From contig JBPOHQ010000007.1 of NCBI GenBank assembly GCA_052035405.1, positions 12,292 through 76,291 on the forward strand: a DNA stretch of 64,000 nt. The letters are read 5' to 3'. Shown here piece by piece: positions 19,639-31,523 of the stretch. The first letter of the stretch is position 1. Each line of letters starts with the position of its first letter. Below the pieces are notes generated by a model, which saw only the letters and a program-made list of their open reading frames with translations, was not told the origin of the DNA and did no database searches. The translations under genes were made by a program, and so were the position numbers. This stretch comes from Candidatus Nomurabacteria bacterium (GTDB lineage: Bacteria > Patescibacteriota > Minisyncoccia > Phycocordibacterales > UBA9973).

Positions 19639-20475
19639 TGAGTTAAATTCTTGCCATGTTATTTCCTTTTTTCCTTCGGGGATAACTTTTTTTATTACAA
19701 ATTTTTCATCTTCTAAACTAGCGTCACTGATGATAATTCGTTTTCCTTCTTTGAAATAAAATATACGAGGCCAGTGAGCATAGGCACGGAATTTATTATA
19801 AAGGACTTCAGGATCTTCTTTTAGTATATCCACCAAACCATCTTCTTTTTTTATCTTTTTACAGTAAGTAGCCCCCTCTTCTTCTTGCATTGTTGGTTGT
19901 AGTTTGCCGTCTAAAAAATCAGGCAGCATTTTTACTAGTAAACTACCTCCAATTTTTATTAATCTTTTTCTAAGCTCTTGAGCTTTTTCGTCTTTACCTA
20001 TTTCTACTTTTTCGAGTGCTATTACTGGACCAGTGTCCATTTTATATTCCATTTGTTGTATGGTGATACCAGTTACTTTGTCTCCGTTGAGCACTGCAGA
20101 TTCGACAGGGGACGCTCCACGCCATCTAGGGAGTATAGAATAATGTATATTAATAGATCCTAGACGAGGCATTTTTATGATTTCTTCGGACATGATTTTC
20201 CCATAAGCTACTACAATAAAAAGGTCAGAGTTTAGAGACTTTAGTTTTTCTGTTATTTCCGTGTTTAATTTTTCTGGTTGAATATATGGAATATTATTTT
20301 CTTCTGCCCACACTTTAACCAAAGGTGGTGTAAGAATCATTTTCCTTCCTTGTGGTCGGTCTGGAGATGTAACAATAAAAGAAGGGGTGTATCCATTTTC
20401 TTTTAAAATATCTAAAGTTTCTTTTGATACATCACCGGTACCAAAAAATACAAATTGTAAATTGTTTGTCTGCAT
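19633..20475 (-). CDS. fmt: Methionyl-tRNA formyltransferase
   Basis: VTSPDRPQGR, VVAYGKI, NIHYSILPRWRGASP, MDTGP. Confidence 0.96.
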   Translation of the reverse strand: MQTNNLQFVFFGTGDVSKETLDILKENGYTPSFIVTSPDRPQGRKMILTPPLVKVWAEENNIPYIQPEKLNTEITEKLKSLNSDLFIVVAYGKIMSEEIIKMPRLGSINIHYSILPRWRGASPVESAVLNGDKVTGITIQQMEYKMDTGPVIALEKVEIGKDEKAQELRKRLIKIGGSLLVKMLPDFLDGKLQPTMQEEEGATYCKKIKKEDGLVDILKEDPEVLYNKFRAYAHWPRIFYFKEGKRIIISDASLEDEKFVIKKVIPEGKKEITWQEFNSK

Positions 20476-20478
20476 GAA

Positions 20479-21051
20479 TTATTCTTTTTCGTAGCCTGGG
20501 ATCTCTTCTTCACGTAAATCTTTTGCGTGATCAATGAAAAGAATACCATTTAAATGATCTGTCTCATGTTGAAATATTTGAGCAAGGAGACCACTTCCTC
20601 CACGAATAAATTTCTTACCAGTTTCGTCGTACGCTTCTACTGTAGCTTTCTTAGATCGATAGGTTTTTCCATAAATAGGACGAACTGAGAGACACCCTTC
20701 AGGCATCCACTCTTTATCACGGGACAGTTTTGAAATTTTCGGATTGATAAACACTATATCTTTAGTTTTGTTTTTAACTTTCACCACTTCTCCCATTTCT
20801 GTTTCTTTGCTCATCCTTTCTTTTCTGTTCTCTAGAAAATCCTCTTCAAATATTTTTCCAGACACTACAAAAATACGGAGAGAATATCCAATCTGAGGAG
20901 CGGCAATAGCTACGCCATCGTCTTGACTTTTTAAAGAACCAGACATTTCCTTTAATATCTTTTGAATTTTTGGAGTTTTGATCTCGTCGACAGGTATTTC
21001 TTTTGCGACTTGATGCAAAACTGCTTCCTCCTTTTGAAGAATTTTCTTCAT
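20479..21051 (-). CDS. def: Peptide deformylase
   Basis: GVAIAAPQIG, EGCLS, QHETDHLNG. Confidence 0.97.
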   Translation of the reverse strand: MKKILQKEEAVLHQVAKEIPVDEIKTPKIQKILKEMSGSLKSQDDGVAIAAPQIGYSLRIFVVSGKIFEEDFLENRKERMSKETEMGEVVKVKNKTKDIVFINPKISKLSRDKEWMPEGCLSVRPIYGKTYRSKKATVEAYDETGKKFIRGGSGLLAQIFQHETDHLNGILFIDHAKDLREEEIPGYEKE

Positions 21052-21060
21052 TGTTTTTAT

Positions 21061-22368
21061 TTATTTTAACTCTTTTAAGTGTTCGAGGAGTTTGCTTAGT
21101 TTAACTGTGTTTTGGGACCTATTAGACATATCTCTTACTATGACAGTGTTGTCTATTGCTTCTTTTGCACCAAAGATGAGTGCATAAGGAACTGCTAATT
21201 TTTCAGCTATAGCGAGTTGAGCACCAAGAGAATCTTTTGAGAGGGATTGAGCTATTGGTATGTGTGCTTTACGGAGAATCTCTATCACATTGAGACTTTT
21301 AAGTTTGGCTTCACTTCCTAATTGGATAAAGTATATCTTTGGTTTTTTCATGATTCGTGGAGCAAGTTTTTTGTACCAAGGAGAAGCGACAATACGGTCT
21401 ACGCCGATTGCCATCCCTACTGCTGGAACATCTTTCTTTCCACCGACTTGTTTTGCGAGATAGTCATAGCGTCCACCTCCGGCAATTGATAGAGGTGTAC
21501 CATCTTCACCACCTTTTTCTTCTATAACTTCAAATACTGTACGAGTATAGTAAGCGAGTCCTCGAACGAGATTTTTATTAATATTGTACTGGATACCCAT
21601 TTCTTCTAAGTATTCCAACACCTCCTTAAAGTGTTTCTTGCAAGATGGGCATAGGAAACTAATAGAGTCTGGTGCTCCTTCGTTGATTTCTTTTGTTTTC
21701 TCTTCTTTTGAATCAAGAATTCTAAGAGGATTTGTCTTTAATCTTTCTTTGTCTATCGCGGGGAGGGCAGAGAGATTCTTTTTATAGTAGTTTGTTAGTT
21801 CTTTGAGGTATCCGTTACGGCATTCTTTGTCCCCAATTGAATTTATATCAATAGAAAGATTCTCTGCACCAGCTTCTTCGAGAATACTCATACCTGCCTT
21901 TATTACAAGTGCGTCCATGATACTTTTATCACTACCTAATGCATCTAGGTCAAATTGATAAAATTGTCGGTAACGTCCGCGTTGAGGTTTATCATGTCTA
22001 AAAGATGGGCCGTATTGATAGAACAACACTGGTTGAGGGAGAGATTGCATCCCGTGTTCTATGTATGCACGCATTAAAGATCCAGTGTGTTCAGGTCGGA
22101 GTGCAAGCACATCGCCACCTTTTGTCTTTAGAATATACATTTCTTTATCTACTATATCTGTACCATCTCCTACACCACGAGAAAAAACTTCTTCGTGTTC
22201 CATCATTGGGGTCTCGATAGGTTTAAATCCGTAGTACACAGCGACTTCTTGAGCTTTCTCAAAGAAACCTTGGAAACTGTAGTATTCTTCATTTTTTATA
22301 TCACGCATTCCTTTTGGAGATGCGACTTCTCTCGCTTTATTTTCTTTTTTAGGTGTTGTTTTACTCAT
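21061..22368 (-). CDS. hisS: Histidine--tRNA ligase
   Basis: LRPEHT, FRHDKPQRGRYRQF, LVRGLAYYT, GGGRYD, anticodon-binding domain. Confidence 0.97.
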   Translation of the reverse strand: MSKTTPKKENKAREVASPKGMRDIKNEEYYSFQGFFEKAQEVAVYYGFKPIETPMMEHEEVFSRGVGDGTDIVDKEMYILKTKGGDVLALRPEHTGSLMRAYIEHGMQSLPQPVLFYQYGPSFRHDKPQRGRYRQFYQFDLDALGSDKSIMDALVIKAGMSILEEAGAENLSIDINSIGDKECRNGYLKELTNYYKKNLSALPAIDKERLKTNPLRILDSKEEKTKEINEGAPDSISFLCPSCKKHFKEVLEYLEEMGIQYNINKNLVRGLAYYTRTVFEVIEEKGGEDGTPLSIAGGGRYDYLAKQVGGKKDVPAVGMAIGVDRIVASPWYKKLAPRIMKKPKIYFIQLGSEAKLKSLNVIEILRKAHIPIAQSLSKDSLGAQLAIAEKLAVPYALIFGAKEAIDNTVIVRDMSNRSQNTVKLSKLLEHLKELK

Positions 22369-22372
22369 ATAT

Positions 22373-22939
22373 TTAGTTCACTTGTTTATAATCTCCTGGA
22401 GCATAGCTTAATGTATTTATTGGTAATAGTCTCAAGAAAGTCTTTCCTATAAATAAATTTCGATGCACTGGACCCCAATATCGTGAATCTGAGCTTGCTG
22501 ATCTATTGTCTCCCATTACGAAGTATTCATCGTCTTTAAGTTCAGAAGTTAAACTATTGTTAGAAATGTTTTTTACATACGGTTCTTCTAAGATAAATCC
22601 ATCAGGATGGGCCGCATTGATAATCTTGATAGTGCTTCCTTCGATGACTACTTTTTCATGAGGTAGACCAATGACTCTTTTAATAAAGAATTTTTTAGTA
22701 TCATTTGGGTATCTGAAAACAACCACATCACCTCTTTGTGGATCACCTAATCTGTAAGAAAGTTCGTTTATTATCAAATATTCTCCATTTTCAAAAGTGG
22801 GTACCATAGATGAACCGGACACAACGAAAGGCTGAGCAATAAAAACTCGAATAGGTACAACTATAATTATAGCTAAGGCTGCAAACTTTACGAGCTCCCA
22901 AAAAGACTGGGAGTTTGATTGTTTTTGTTCTATTTCCAT
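22373..22939 (-). CDS. lepB: Signal peptidase I
   Basis: SGSSMVPT, FIKRVIGLP, MGDNRSASSDSRYWG. Confidence 0.96.
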   Translation of the reverse strand: MEIEQKQSNSQSFWELVKFAALAIIIVVPIRVFIAQPFVVSGSSMVPTFENGEYLIINELSYRLGDPQRGDVVVFRYPNDTKKFFIKRVIGLPHEKVVIEGSTIKIINAAHPDGFILEEPYVKNISNNSLTSELKDDEYFVMGDNRSASSDSRYWGPVHRNLFIGKTFLRLLPINTLSYAPGDYKQVN

Positions 22940-23039
22940 CCAAATACTATACCACAAAAAACCCTTGACGTAACTATATTTATCATTGTCTAATCATATT
23001 TTGTCAGATGTGTCTATTTAATTTTGTTATCATTAAAAC

Positions 23040-23576
23040 ATGAAACTAATAATAGGGCTTGGGAATCCAGGAACAGAATATGAAAAGACGCGACACAATG
23101 CTGGACGTATTATTGTCGGTCTTATAGAAAAAAAATTAGAAGAAAAAAATATTAAAGCTCTTAAATTTTTAACACCAGATACGTTCATGAATAACTCGGG
23201 GAAGGCTGTCGCTCCATTTATAAAATCTAAAAAAGATTTGAGTGAGCTCATTGTCATATACGATGATATAGATTTACCTATGGGTAAAATGAAGATTTCT
23301 TTTAATCGCTCCAGTGGGGGACATAATGGAGTAGAGTCTATAATAAAACACGTGAAGAGTCAGGAATTTTTGAGGATTAGAATAGGCATCTGTCCTACAA
23401 CTCCAACAGGTAAAAACAAAAAACCAAAAGGGGAGGAAAAGGTCCTTAAGTTTTTGCTTGGTGAATTTAAGAAAGATGAGCTTGATGAACTTAAAAAATT
23501 ATCTAAAAAGATAGTAGAAGCTGTAGTCACTATTTATACTGAAAGCAAAGAAAAAGCTATGAGTTTGTATAATTAA
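23040..23576 (+). CDS. pth: Peptidyl-tRNA hydrolase
   Basis: GLGNPG.EY..TRHNAG, FMNNSG, GGHNG. Confidence 0.96.
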   Translation: MKLIIGLGNPGTEYEKTRHNAGRIIVGLIEKKLEEKNIKALKFLTPDTFMNNSGKAVAPFIKSKKDLSELIVIYDDIDLPMGKMKISFNRSSGGHNGVESIIKHVKSQEFLRIRIGICPTTPTGKNKKPKGEEKVLKFLLGEFKKDELDELKKLSKKIVEAVVTIYTESKEKAMSLYN

Positions 23577-23854
23577 GCAGGATAATCTACTGCTATTTTG
23601 TTTTTACCTCGCATGTGTTAATCTAATTTCAAATTCTTTTTATGGATAAATTCTTTAAAGAGCTCCTGTTTATGTGGGAGACAATTGGAGATTTTTTTTC
23701 TGGAAACCTTGTCTGGGTTTCTGGGGGTGCATTTTTTAGGAGCATTATCCTAAATTTTGCATTATTTACCCTAATAAAATATTTATTAGGTTGAACGGAT
23801 TGCCTGCATTCTGAAAAAAGCAGGTGAGCTCGGCGTCTCTAACGTCTACAAACA

Positions 23855-23876
23855 ACCCATCTCAAAAGATGGGTTT
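23855..23876. terminator. Intrinsic terminator hairpin downstream of dnaE
   Basis: AACCCATCT-CAAA-AGATGGGTT. Confidence 0.7.
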
Positions 23877-26800
23877 TATACTTCTTTTACCGCGTCCATA
23901 ACAATAGTTTTCTCTTCGTTACGGATCGAGATTTTACCTGTGAAAGCGATGCACTTTTCTGCTTTTAAAATTTGTTCCGATGTTTTATAAATACTAGGAA
24001 AAGCGACGACTTCGATACTACCTCCAAGATCGGAGACTTTCAGGAATGCCATGCGTTCATTTTTCTTTGTGATAACTTCTCGGACACTTTCTATAATACC
24101 TGCGATGGTTACAGTCACACCGTTGGTGCCTTTTTCTTTTATCTTTTTTATATCAATATCTCTTTTTTCTAATTTCTTTTTTATTCTGTCGAGTGGATGT
24201 CCAGAGATGTACAATCCGAGTAATTCTTTCTCCCAGATGAGTTTTTCATTTTTTGTTGCTTCTGTTGCGGGTTTTAGTTTGTATTCTGGAGCTTGTACAT
24301 CGGTGAGTCCGCCAAACAGAGATATCTGGTTTGCATTTTGTTTACTGGATTCTTTGTTGTAGTTCAACATGTCTTCGAGATTACCTAGAAGTACACCTCT
24401 GTCACCAAAGTCATCCATACTTCCGGACTTTATAAGTGCTTCCATGGATTTCTTATTTAGATTTTTGTGTTTAATTCTGTCTAAGAAGTTAGAGATAGAA
24501 AGAAACTTTCCGTTTTTATTTCTCTCTTCGATAATTGCGGAACCAATATCAGCACCAAAGTTTTTGATAGTATACAGTCCAAAACGAATGGTTTTATCAT
24601 CTATATACGTGAAGTCTTGCACACTTTCATTTATATGAGGAGGTAAGACTTTGATACCCATGTTTTCTGATTCATGTACTATTTCAGCGACTTTTTCTAC
24701 ATCACCGGATTCAGCAGTGAGCACTGCACACATATATTCAGCAGGGTAATTCGCTTTCATATATGCAGTCTGATAAGCGACACGTCCATAGCTCGCAGAG
24801 TGAGCTTTGTTGAATCCATACGCAGCAAAAGGTTCGATCTGACTCCAGAGTTCTTGTGCTTTTTTAAGTGGCCATTTACTGTGTTCTACACATCCAGTTA
24901 TGAAATGCTCTTTTTGTTTTTCCATTTCTTCTGGAATTTTTTTACCGACAGCCTTACGGAATTTATCTGCTTCTCCCCAAGAGTATCCTGCTATATGAAT
25001 AGAGATGAGAAGCAAGTCGTCTTGATATACAAGCACTCCGTATGTTTGCTTGAGTATAGGTTCGAGCATTGGGTCCATGTATTTTACAAGACTAGGATTG
25101 TGTTTACGTTCGATATAAAGTGGAATGAACTGAATAGGGCCTGGACGATACAAGGCCACCATAGCATTTATGTCGTGGATAGTTGTCGGCTTAAGTTGTT
25201 TTAAGTACATAGTCATACCACTTCCATTTAATTGGAAAAGTCCCATAGTCTCACCGCGAGCAAGAAGTTCGAAAGTCTTTTTATCTTCGACGTCTACGTT
25301 TTCTATATCCACCTCAATATTTTTTGTTTGTTTCACTATGCGTACCGCGTCCGCGAGAATAGATAAGTTTCTAATTCCCAAGAAGTCGAATTTTGGAAGT
25401 CCGACATCTTCGATCTGATACATGTCATATTGAGTGATGACGTCTCCACCTTTTGGATCGTATTGTACTGGTGTAAATTCATAAAGTGGTTTTGGAGCGA
25501 TAACTATTCCTGCTGCATGCACAGACATATGCCTGACGCAGCCTTCCATTTTTTTAGCTAAGTCTATAATTTCTTTTGTGATGGCTTCTTTTTCATACGC
25601 TTCTTTGAGTTCGGGGACGAGTTCAAAAGCATGTTCTATGGTCATAGGCATTCCTTGAGAACCAACAGGTATCATGCTTGAGATTCTGTCTCCGACTGCG
25701 TATTCATAACCAAGCGCACGAGCAACATCACGCACAGAACCCTTGGCCATCATTGTTCCAAATGTTCCTATCTGAGCGACGCGATCTTTGCCATATTTTT
25801 GTTTTGCATATTCGATCATCTCTGCTCGTCTGTTGTCGGCATAGTCCATATCGATATCTGGAAGGGATGGACGCTCAGGGTTCAAGAATCTTTCGAAAGG
25901 AAGTTTATAAGTAAGTGGATCAACATTGGTAATACCTAACAGATACGTAGTGAGTGATCCTGCGACCGATCCTCGGATATTTGTAAGGATCCTATTTGCA
26001 CGAGCAAATTTTAATAAGTCTCCCACTACAAGGAAATATGTAGGGTATCCTTTTTGCTTAATAATAGCCAGTTCGTATTCAAGACGATCTACATAATCTT
26101 TTGTTTGTTCTAAATTTCTGAAAGGGAAGCCTTTGTAAGCAAGTTCTTTTAATACTTCGTTTGGATCACGATTACCTTCAATAGGAAAATCAGGGAAGTA
26201 TGGGACTCCAAGTTCTATTTCATAATCTTCACAAAGGTTCGCTACAATTGAAGTATTGTCTACTGATTCTTCAGAGTCTGAGAAATATTTTCTTGCTGTT
26301 TCTTCATTTATAAAAGAAAAATCATCATCAGAGAATTCAAATTTACCTTTGTCTTTATTTTCAGCACCAGTGTTTACTTGAAGGAGGGTGTTGTGTGCTT
26401 TGTGATCGTCATGGCAAGGATAGTGAGAGTCGGCAGTTGCGACGGTCTTGATATCGAATTTTTTACCGAGTCTTATCAGTTCGTCTCGAAGTTCCTTATC
26501 TTTCTCTATATGTGGATGAGATTGAATTTCTAAAAAATAATTTCCATGACCAAATATTTCATCATGTTCTTTAATTATACTTTCAGCTTTTTCTGTATTA
26601 CCTGCGAGTATTGCGCGCGAGAGTTTGCCTCCCATGCAACCAGATAGGCAGATGATGCCTTCACTGAATTCGCGAAGTAAATCTTCGTCTACGCGAGGTT
26701 TGTAATAGTATCCATCGAGATTGGCTGTGGTGACTATTCGCATGAGGTTTTTGTAACCTTTTAAATTTTTGGCGAGGAGTATGAGGTGGTAGCGTTTGTT

Positions 26801-27052
26801 GTCTATACCCGGTTCTTTGTTGGTGAGTTTTCTTTCTGCAACATAGACTTCACAACCGATGATAGGTTTGATACCCGCTTTCTTGCATTCTTTATAGAAC
26901 TCAATCGCACCGTACATGTTCCCATGGTCAGTGAGTGCTACTGCCGGCATATTAAAGCTCTTTGCTATTTTTACCAAGTCTTCTACTTTGGAAAGTCCAT
27001 CGAGCAGAGAGTAGTGTGAGTGAGTATGCAGGTGTATAAATTTGCTTTCCAT
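23876..27052 (-). CDS. dnaE: DNA polymerase III alpha subunit
   Basis: PHP domain [46 protein letters not shown]-terminal OB fold. Confidence 0.98.
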   Translation of the reverse strand: MESKFIHLHTHSHYSLLDGLSKVEDLVKIAKSFNMPAVALTDHGNMYGAIEFYKECKKAGIKPIIGCEVYVAERKLTNKEPGIDNKRYHLILLAKNLKGYKNLMRIVTTANLDGYYYKPRVDEDLLREFSEGIICLSGCMGGKLSRAILAGNTEKAESIIKEHDEIFGHGNYFLEIQSHPHIEKDKELRDELIRLGKKFDIKTVATADSHYPCHDDHKAHNTLLQVNTGAENKDKGKFEFSDDDFSFINEETARKYFSDSEESVDNTSIVANLCEDYEIELGVPYFPDFPIEGNRDPNEVLKELAYKGFPFRNLEQTKDYVDRLEYELAIIKQKGYPTYFLVVGDLLKFARANRILTNIRGSVAGSLTTYLLGITNVDPLTYKLPFERFLNPERPSLPDIDMDYADNRRAEMIEYAKQKYGKDRVAQIGTFGTMMAKGSVRDVARALGYEYAVGDRISSMIPVGSQGMPMTIEHAFELVPELKEAYEKEAITKEIIDLAKKMEGCVRHMSVHAAGIVIAPKPLYEFTPVQYDPKGGDVITQYDMYQIEDVGLPKFDFLGIRNLSILADAVRIVKQTKNIEVDIENVDVEDKKTFELLARGETMGLFQLNGSGMTMYLKQLKPTTIHDINAMVALYRPGPIQFIPLYIERKHNPSLVKYMDPMLEPILKQTYGVLVYQDDLLLISIHIAGYSWGEADKFRKAVGKKIPEEMEKQKEHFITGCVEHSKWPLKKAQELWSQIEPFAAYGFNKAHSASYGRVAYQTAYMKANYPAEYMCAVLTAESGDVEKVAEIVHESENMGIKVLPPHINESVQDFTYIDDKTIRFGLYTIKNFGADIGSAIIEERNKNGKFLSISNFLDRIKHKNLNKKSMEALIKSGSMDDFGDRGVLLGNLEDMLNYNKESSKQNANQISLFGGLTDVQAPEYKLKPATEATKNEKLIWEKELLGLYISGHPLDRIKKKLEKRDIDIKKIKEKGTNGVTVTIAGIIESVREVITKKNERMAFLKVSDLGGSIEVVAFPSIYKTSEQILKAEKCIAFTGKISIRNEEKTIVMDAVKEV

Positions 27053-27140
27053 AATTTTATATAAGGCATTATACATATTTTTTAGAAATTTTGGTATAAT
27101 GCAGGTATTAAAATTTAGCAGTAATTATTTTTGAAAATAT

Positions 27141-28169
27141 ATGGCAGATACAAAAATTAGAGTAGCGATAAATGGTTTTGGACGTATTGGAAGAGCATTC
27201 TTAAAGATTGCATGGGAGAGAGAAGATATTGAAATAGTTGCATTGAATGACTTGGGAACTCTCGAGAGTATGGCATATCTATTGAAGTACGATACTGTAT
27301 ACAGAACTTGGAATAAAAATATTGAAGTTAAAGATGGAAATATTGTAATAGATGGGAAGGTAGTTAAAGTAATTTCAGAAAAAGATACTACAAAGCTTCC
27401 TTGGAAAGAATTAAATATCGACGTAGTTGTTGAGTCTACTGGACTCTTTGTGGCTTATGAGAAAGCAAAATTCCATCTCGATCAGGGGGCAAAAAAAGTA
27501 GTAATTACTGCACCCTCTAAAGGTGACGGTTCTTTCCCAGGAGAGACAATACTGATGTCTGTAAACGAAGATAAATTCGGAACTTGCGACGTAACTTCAA
27601 ATGCATCTTGTACTACAAATGCTGCGAGCCCTTTAATTGGAATTTTAAGTGAAGCACTTGGGATAGAGAAAGCAATTTTAAATACTGTGCATGGATACAC
27701 GGCGACTCAAGCACTTGTAGATGGACCAAGTAAAAAAGATTTAAGAGAAGGTCGTGCCGCAGCTCAGAACATAGTACCGTCTTCTACGGGAGCCGCTATT
27801 GCTGTGACCAAAGCATACCCAGCACTTGAAAATCTTTTTGATGGTATTTCTATCCGTGTACCTGTGCCCGCTGGAAGTATTGTGGACGTGACCTTTATCG
27901 CAAAAAGAAATACCACAGCAGAGGAAGTAAATGAAATATTAAAGAAAGCCTCACAAGACTCAAAGTGGAGTCGAGTGTTCGCTGTGACCGAAGAGCCATG
28001 GGTATCTTCTGACATCCTCGGTAATCCTCATGCGTCTATCGCAGACTTGCCACTGACTCGAGTAGTGGGAGGAAATCTTGTAAAAGTTATGGCTTGGTAT
28101 GATAACGAGATGGGATATACACATACATTAGTAGACCATGTTGTTGCGACAGGAAAGAGTATTAAATAA
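27141..28169 (+). CDS. gap: Glyceraldehyde-3-phosphate dehydrogenase
   Basis: INGFGRIGR, SNASCTTN, WYDNEMGY. Confidence 0.98.
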   Translation: MADTKIRVAINGFGRIGRAFLKIAWEREDIEIVALNDLGTLESMAYLLKYDTVYRTWNKNIEVKDGNIVIDGKVVKVISEKDTTKLPWKELNIDVVVESTGLFVAYEKAKFHLDQGAKKVVITAPSKGDGSFPGETILMSVNEDKFGTCDVTSNASCTTNAASPLIGILSEALGIEKAILNTVHGYTATQALVDGPSKKDLREGRAAAQNIVPSSTGAAIAVTKAYPALENLFDGISIRVPVPAGSIVDVTFIAKRNTTAEEVNEILKKASQDSKWSRVFAVTEEPWVSSDILGNPHASIADLPLTRVVGGNLVKVMAWYDNEMGYTHTLVDHVVATGKSIK

Positions 28170-28173
28170 AATT

Positions 28174-28662
28174 ATGAAAATCTATATTGGGACGGATCAT
28201 GCAGGGTTTGAATTAAAAGAAAAATTACTGAATTATTTACCAGAGTTAGGACTGGGTTATGAAGTCATTGATAAGGGTGCTTTTATACTTGATCCAAATG
28301 ACGACTATCCTGACTTTGTGACTGACGTAGCTATAAGCGTTGCAGAAGACGAAGGAAGTATGGGTATAGTAATCGGTGGTTCAGGACAAGGTGAAGCGAT
28401 GTGTGCAAACAAAGTGGCAGGAATAAGAGCAGTAGTATTTTATGGAGAGAAGTTACCGCTAGATAAAATAGACGTCCAAGGAGATGAAAGTAATGATACT
28501 TTCGAAATAGTAAAACTAGCTCGAGAACACAACAATGCAAACATTATCTCTGTTGGTACAAGGTTTGTTACAGAAGATGAAGCAAAGTTCGCTATTGAGT
28601 TATTTTTGCGTACAAAATTTTCCGGAGAGGAGAGACATGTAAGAAGGATAAATAAATTCTAA
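28174..28662 (+). CDS. rpiB: Ribose-5-phosphate isomerase B
   Basis: GTDHAG, DDYPD, GGSGQGEAMCANKV.GIRA, AREHNNAN, RHVRRI. Confidence 0.95.
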   Translation: MKIYIGTDHAGFELKEKLLNYLPELGLGYEVIDKGAFILDPNDDYPDFVTDVAISVAEDEGSMGIVIGGSGQGEAMCANKVAGIRAVVFYGEKLPLDKIDVQGDESNDTFEIVKLAREHNNANIISVGTRFVTEDEAKFAIELFLRTKFSGEERHVRRINKF

Positions 28663-28663
28663 T

Positions 28664-29380
28664 ATGGAAATAATACCTGCAGTTTTAGTAAAAAATTACG
28701 ATGAATTAAAAAACAAAATTGCACTTGTGCGGGGTGTTGTCTCGGTTGTGCAAATAGATATCTGTGACGGTATTTTTGTACCAAGTGTCACCTGGCCATT
28801 TTTTGCTCGTTCAACTAAAGGAGTAGGGGAAGATAATGCACTGGACCAGCATTTTCTAAATATTTTAAACGAAAGAGAAGGGATGCCTTTCTGGGAGGAT
28901 ATTGATTTTGAGCTTGATTTAATGGTATCTGATGCAGTAGAGAACTTTGACATTTACACAAAGCTTGGACCCAAGAGAATAATATTTCATCTAGAGGCTG
29001 TAAAAGATAGAGAAAATTTCCGAGAATTTTTGGAAGGGATAGATTCATATACTCGTGATGCTATGGAGATAGGTGTCGCTATAGGTCCTGACACCAATGT
29101 AGAAGAAGTTTTTCCATTAGTCTCTTGTACTGATTTTATCCAGATAATGGGAATATCACATATAGGTATGCAAGGGGAAGAGTTCAATGAAGAAGTTTTA
29201 GAGAACATAAAAATTTTAAAAGAAAAATTTTCAGAAATTATTATCTCAGTAGACGGAGGAGTAAATTTGACTTCAGGAGAAAAGTTAAAAGAAGTTGGCG
29301 TAGATAGGCTCGTTTCAGGTTCTGCAATTTTTAGTGCGAGTGATATAATAGGAAAGATAGAAGAGTTTCGAGAATTATAA
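28664..29380 (+). CDS. rpe: Ribulose-phosphate 3-epimerase family protein
   Basis: QIDICDGIFVP, LMV, SVDGGV, VSGSAIF. Confidence 0.9.
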   Translation: MEIIPAVLVKNYDELKNKIALVRGVVSVVQIDICDGIFVPSVTWPFFARSTKGVGEDNALDQHFLNILNEREGMPFWEDIDFELDLMVSDAVENFDIYTKLGPKRIIFHLEAVKDRENFREFLEGIDSYTRDAMEIGVAIGPDTNVEEVFPLVSCTDFIQIMGISHIGMQGEEFNEEVLENIKILKEKFSEIIISVDGGVNLTSGEKLKEVGVDRLVSGSAIFSASDIIGKIEEFREL

Positions 29381-29388
29381 TTTTTATA

Positions 29389-30249
29389 ATGCTTACTCAA
29401 GAAAAAACTTTAGAGCTAGAAATGAAAGCGAATGATATTCGTGAGTCTATTATTACTATGCTTGTAGAAGCGGGGAGTGGACACACTGCAGGACCGCTTG
29501 GGATGGCAGATATTTTTGCATACTTTTATTTTTATGGTTTGAAACATGATCCTAAAAATACTACCTGGGAAGAGAGAGATCGCCTCGTTCTTTCAAATGG
29601 ACATATCTGCCCGGTATTGTATGCTTCCATGGCTCATGCTGGATATTTTCCCTTAGAAGAGCTCAGGACTTTAAGAAAATTTGGAAGTAGACTTCAGGGT
29701 CACCCCCATAGAGAATTTATGCCATGGCTTGAAAATAGTTCTGGGCCACTTGGTTCTGGTCTCTCACAGGCTTGTGGTATGGCACTTGCTGATAGAATAG
29801 ACAATAAAGACAATTCTAGATTTATTTATTGTTTTACTGGTGACGGAGAACTAAATGAAGGAAACAACTGGGAGGCAGTTATGTTTGCAGGGAAGCATAA
29901 ATTAAATAATTTAATAGCTATAGTAGATAGAAACAATATTCAGATCGATGGTAATACAGAGGATGTAATGCCACTCGAGTCTTTAAAGAATAAATGGAGA
30001 AGTTTTAACTGGCATGTTCTTGAAATATCTGGACATGATTTTTTTGCTATAGATTCCGCTATTAATCAAGCTCATTCAATAAGTGAAAAACCTACAGTCA
30101 TTATTGCTCACACTATTCCAGGAAAAGGAGTAAAAGAATTTGAAAGAGATTACAAGTGGCATGGTAAGGCTCCAAGCAAAGAAGAAGCGGATATGGCTTT
30201 AAAAGAACTTCGTACACTTGGAGGTAAAATAAAATCAGAACATCAATAG
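29389..30249 (+). CDS. Transketolase, N-terminal (TPP-binding) subunit
   Basis: GSGH, DRLVLSNGH, LQGHP, GDGELNEG. Confidence 0.95.
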   Translation: MLTQEKTLELEMKANDIRESIITMLVEAGSGHTAGPLGMADIFAYFYFYGLKHDPKNTTWEERDRLVLSNGHICPVLYASMAHAGYFPLEELRTLRKFGSRLQGHPHREFMPWLENSSGPLGSGLSQACGMALADRIDNKDNSRFIYCFTGDGELNEGNNWEAVMFAGKHKLNNLIAIVDRNNIQIDGNTEDVMPLESLKNKWRSFNWHVLEISGHDFFAIDSAINQAHSISEKPTVIIAHTIPGKGVKEFERDYKWHGKAPSKEEADMALKELRTLGGKIKSEHQ

Positions 30250-30276
30250 TTTGTAAACTAGCTATAAATAAAAATT

Positions 30277-31275
30277 ATGCTTAATCCAGAATTAAAATTA
30301 AATACGAAACTTTTTAATGAAGATTGTGAACAGCAACCTATTAGAAAAGGTTTTGGACAAGGACTTTTAAAAGCGGGAGAAGAAGATAAAAATGTCGTCG
30401 CTCTTTGTGCTGATCTGACCGAGTCCACACAGATGCATCTTTTCAAAGAAAAATTTCCAGAGAGATTTGTAGAGATCGGTGTAGCAGAACAAAACCTTGT
30501 AACAGTTGCTTCAGGCATGGCGGCAATGGGTAAAATTCCTTTTTGTTCATCTTATGCTATGTTTTCTCCAGGCAGGAATTGGGAACAAATAAGAACAACT
30601 ATTGCGTATAATGACAGGAAAGTAATAGTAGTTGGAAGCCATGCAGGAATATCAGTTGGACCAGACGGAGGGACTCACCAAGCACTCGAAGATCTTGCTC
30701 TAATGCGAATATTGCCTAATATGGATGTAATTTCTCCATGTGATGCAATAGAAGCAAAAAAAGCAACGCTGCAATTAGCACAATCAAAACGACCAGCATA
30801 CCTGAGACTTGCTCGAGAGAAAACTCCAATCATCACAACAGATGAAACTCCATTTAATTTAGAAAAAGCACAAATATTTTGGATACCTGATTCAGGTTTA
30901 GCTTCTGTTGGCATCATCGTTACTGGAGGACTTACATACAATGTATTACTCGCAGCAAAAGAATTGGAGAATGAGGGTATAAAAACAAAAGTTTTAAATC
31001 TAGCAACCATCAAACCTATCGACGTAGAAGCAATTTTGAATTTAGTAAAAGAAACTAAATGTATAGTCACCGTAGAAGAACATCAGATTGCTGGAGGAAT
31101 GGGTTCCGCTGTTGCTGAAGTATTAGCTCAAAACTATCCTACACCAATTGAATTCGTAGGAGTAAAAGATCTTTTCGGACAATCCGGTACACCAAATGAA
31201 CTCATAAAACATTATGGTATGGATAAAGATTCTATAAAAGAATCGATAAGAAAAGTTTTAAAAAGAAAAAATTAA
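30277..31275 (+). CDS. Transketolase, C-terminal subunit
   Basis: GVAEQN, GPDGGTHQ, TVEEH. Confidence 0.95.
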   Translation: MLNPELKLNTKLFNEDCEQQPIRKGFGQGLLKAGEEDKNVVALCADLTESTQMHLFKEKFPERFVEIGVAEQNLVTVASGMAAMGKIPFCSSYAMFSPGRNWEQIRTTIAYNDRKVIVVGSHAGISVGPDGGTHQALEDLALMRILPNMDVISPCDAIEAKKATLQLAQSKRPAYLRLAREKTPIITTDETPFNLEKAQIFWIPDSGLASVGIIVTGGLTYNVLLAAKELENEGIKTKVLNLATIKPIDVEAILNLVKETKCIVTVEEHQIAGGMGSAVAEVLAQNYPTPIEFVGVKDLFGQSGTPNELIKHYGMDKDSIKESIRKVLKRKN

Positions 31276-31292
31276 AATTTATTTAAAATAAT

Positions 31293-31523
31293 ATGCCCGA
31301 AGATTTTTTTAAACGTGCAAATAATCCAGAAACACCTGATAGAAAAATTAAAAGAGTTAAAACGGTAACATTAGATGATATTACGTTCGATCAACAAGTG
31401 TCTGGTACCGAACCAGAAGACAGGGCAATGTTACCAGACGAATGGATTTGTCCCGTGTGTAAAAATTTAAATATAGGTAGTAAACACTGTAGAACTTGTA
31501 GTAATTCTGATTATGTAATTTAA
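31293..31523 (+). CDS. Small protein with RanBP2-like zinc finger
   Basis: WICPVCKNLN...CRTC. Confidence 0.65.
   Translation: MPEDFFKRANNPETPDRKIKRVKTVTLDDITFDQQVSGTEPEDRAMLPDEWICPVCKNLNIGSKHCRTCSNSDYVI

Noticed and set aside
23577-23854. Possible gene or RNA between pth and dnaE
   Set aside because: Only short interrupted frames and one modest hairpin; not enough support
23972-31070. Many short antisense or overlapping ORFs in the track
   Set aside because: Shadows of well-supported genes such as dnaE, gap, rpe and transketolase
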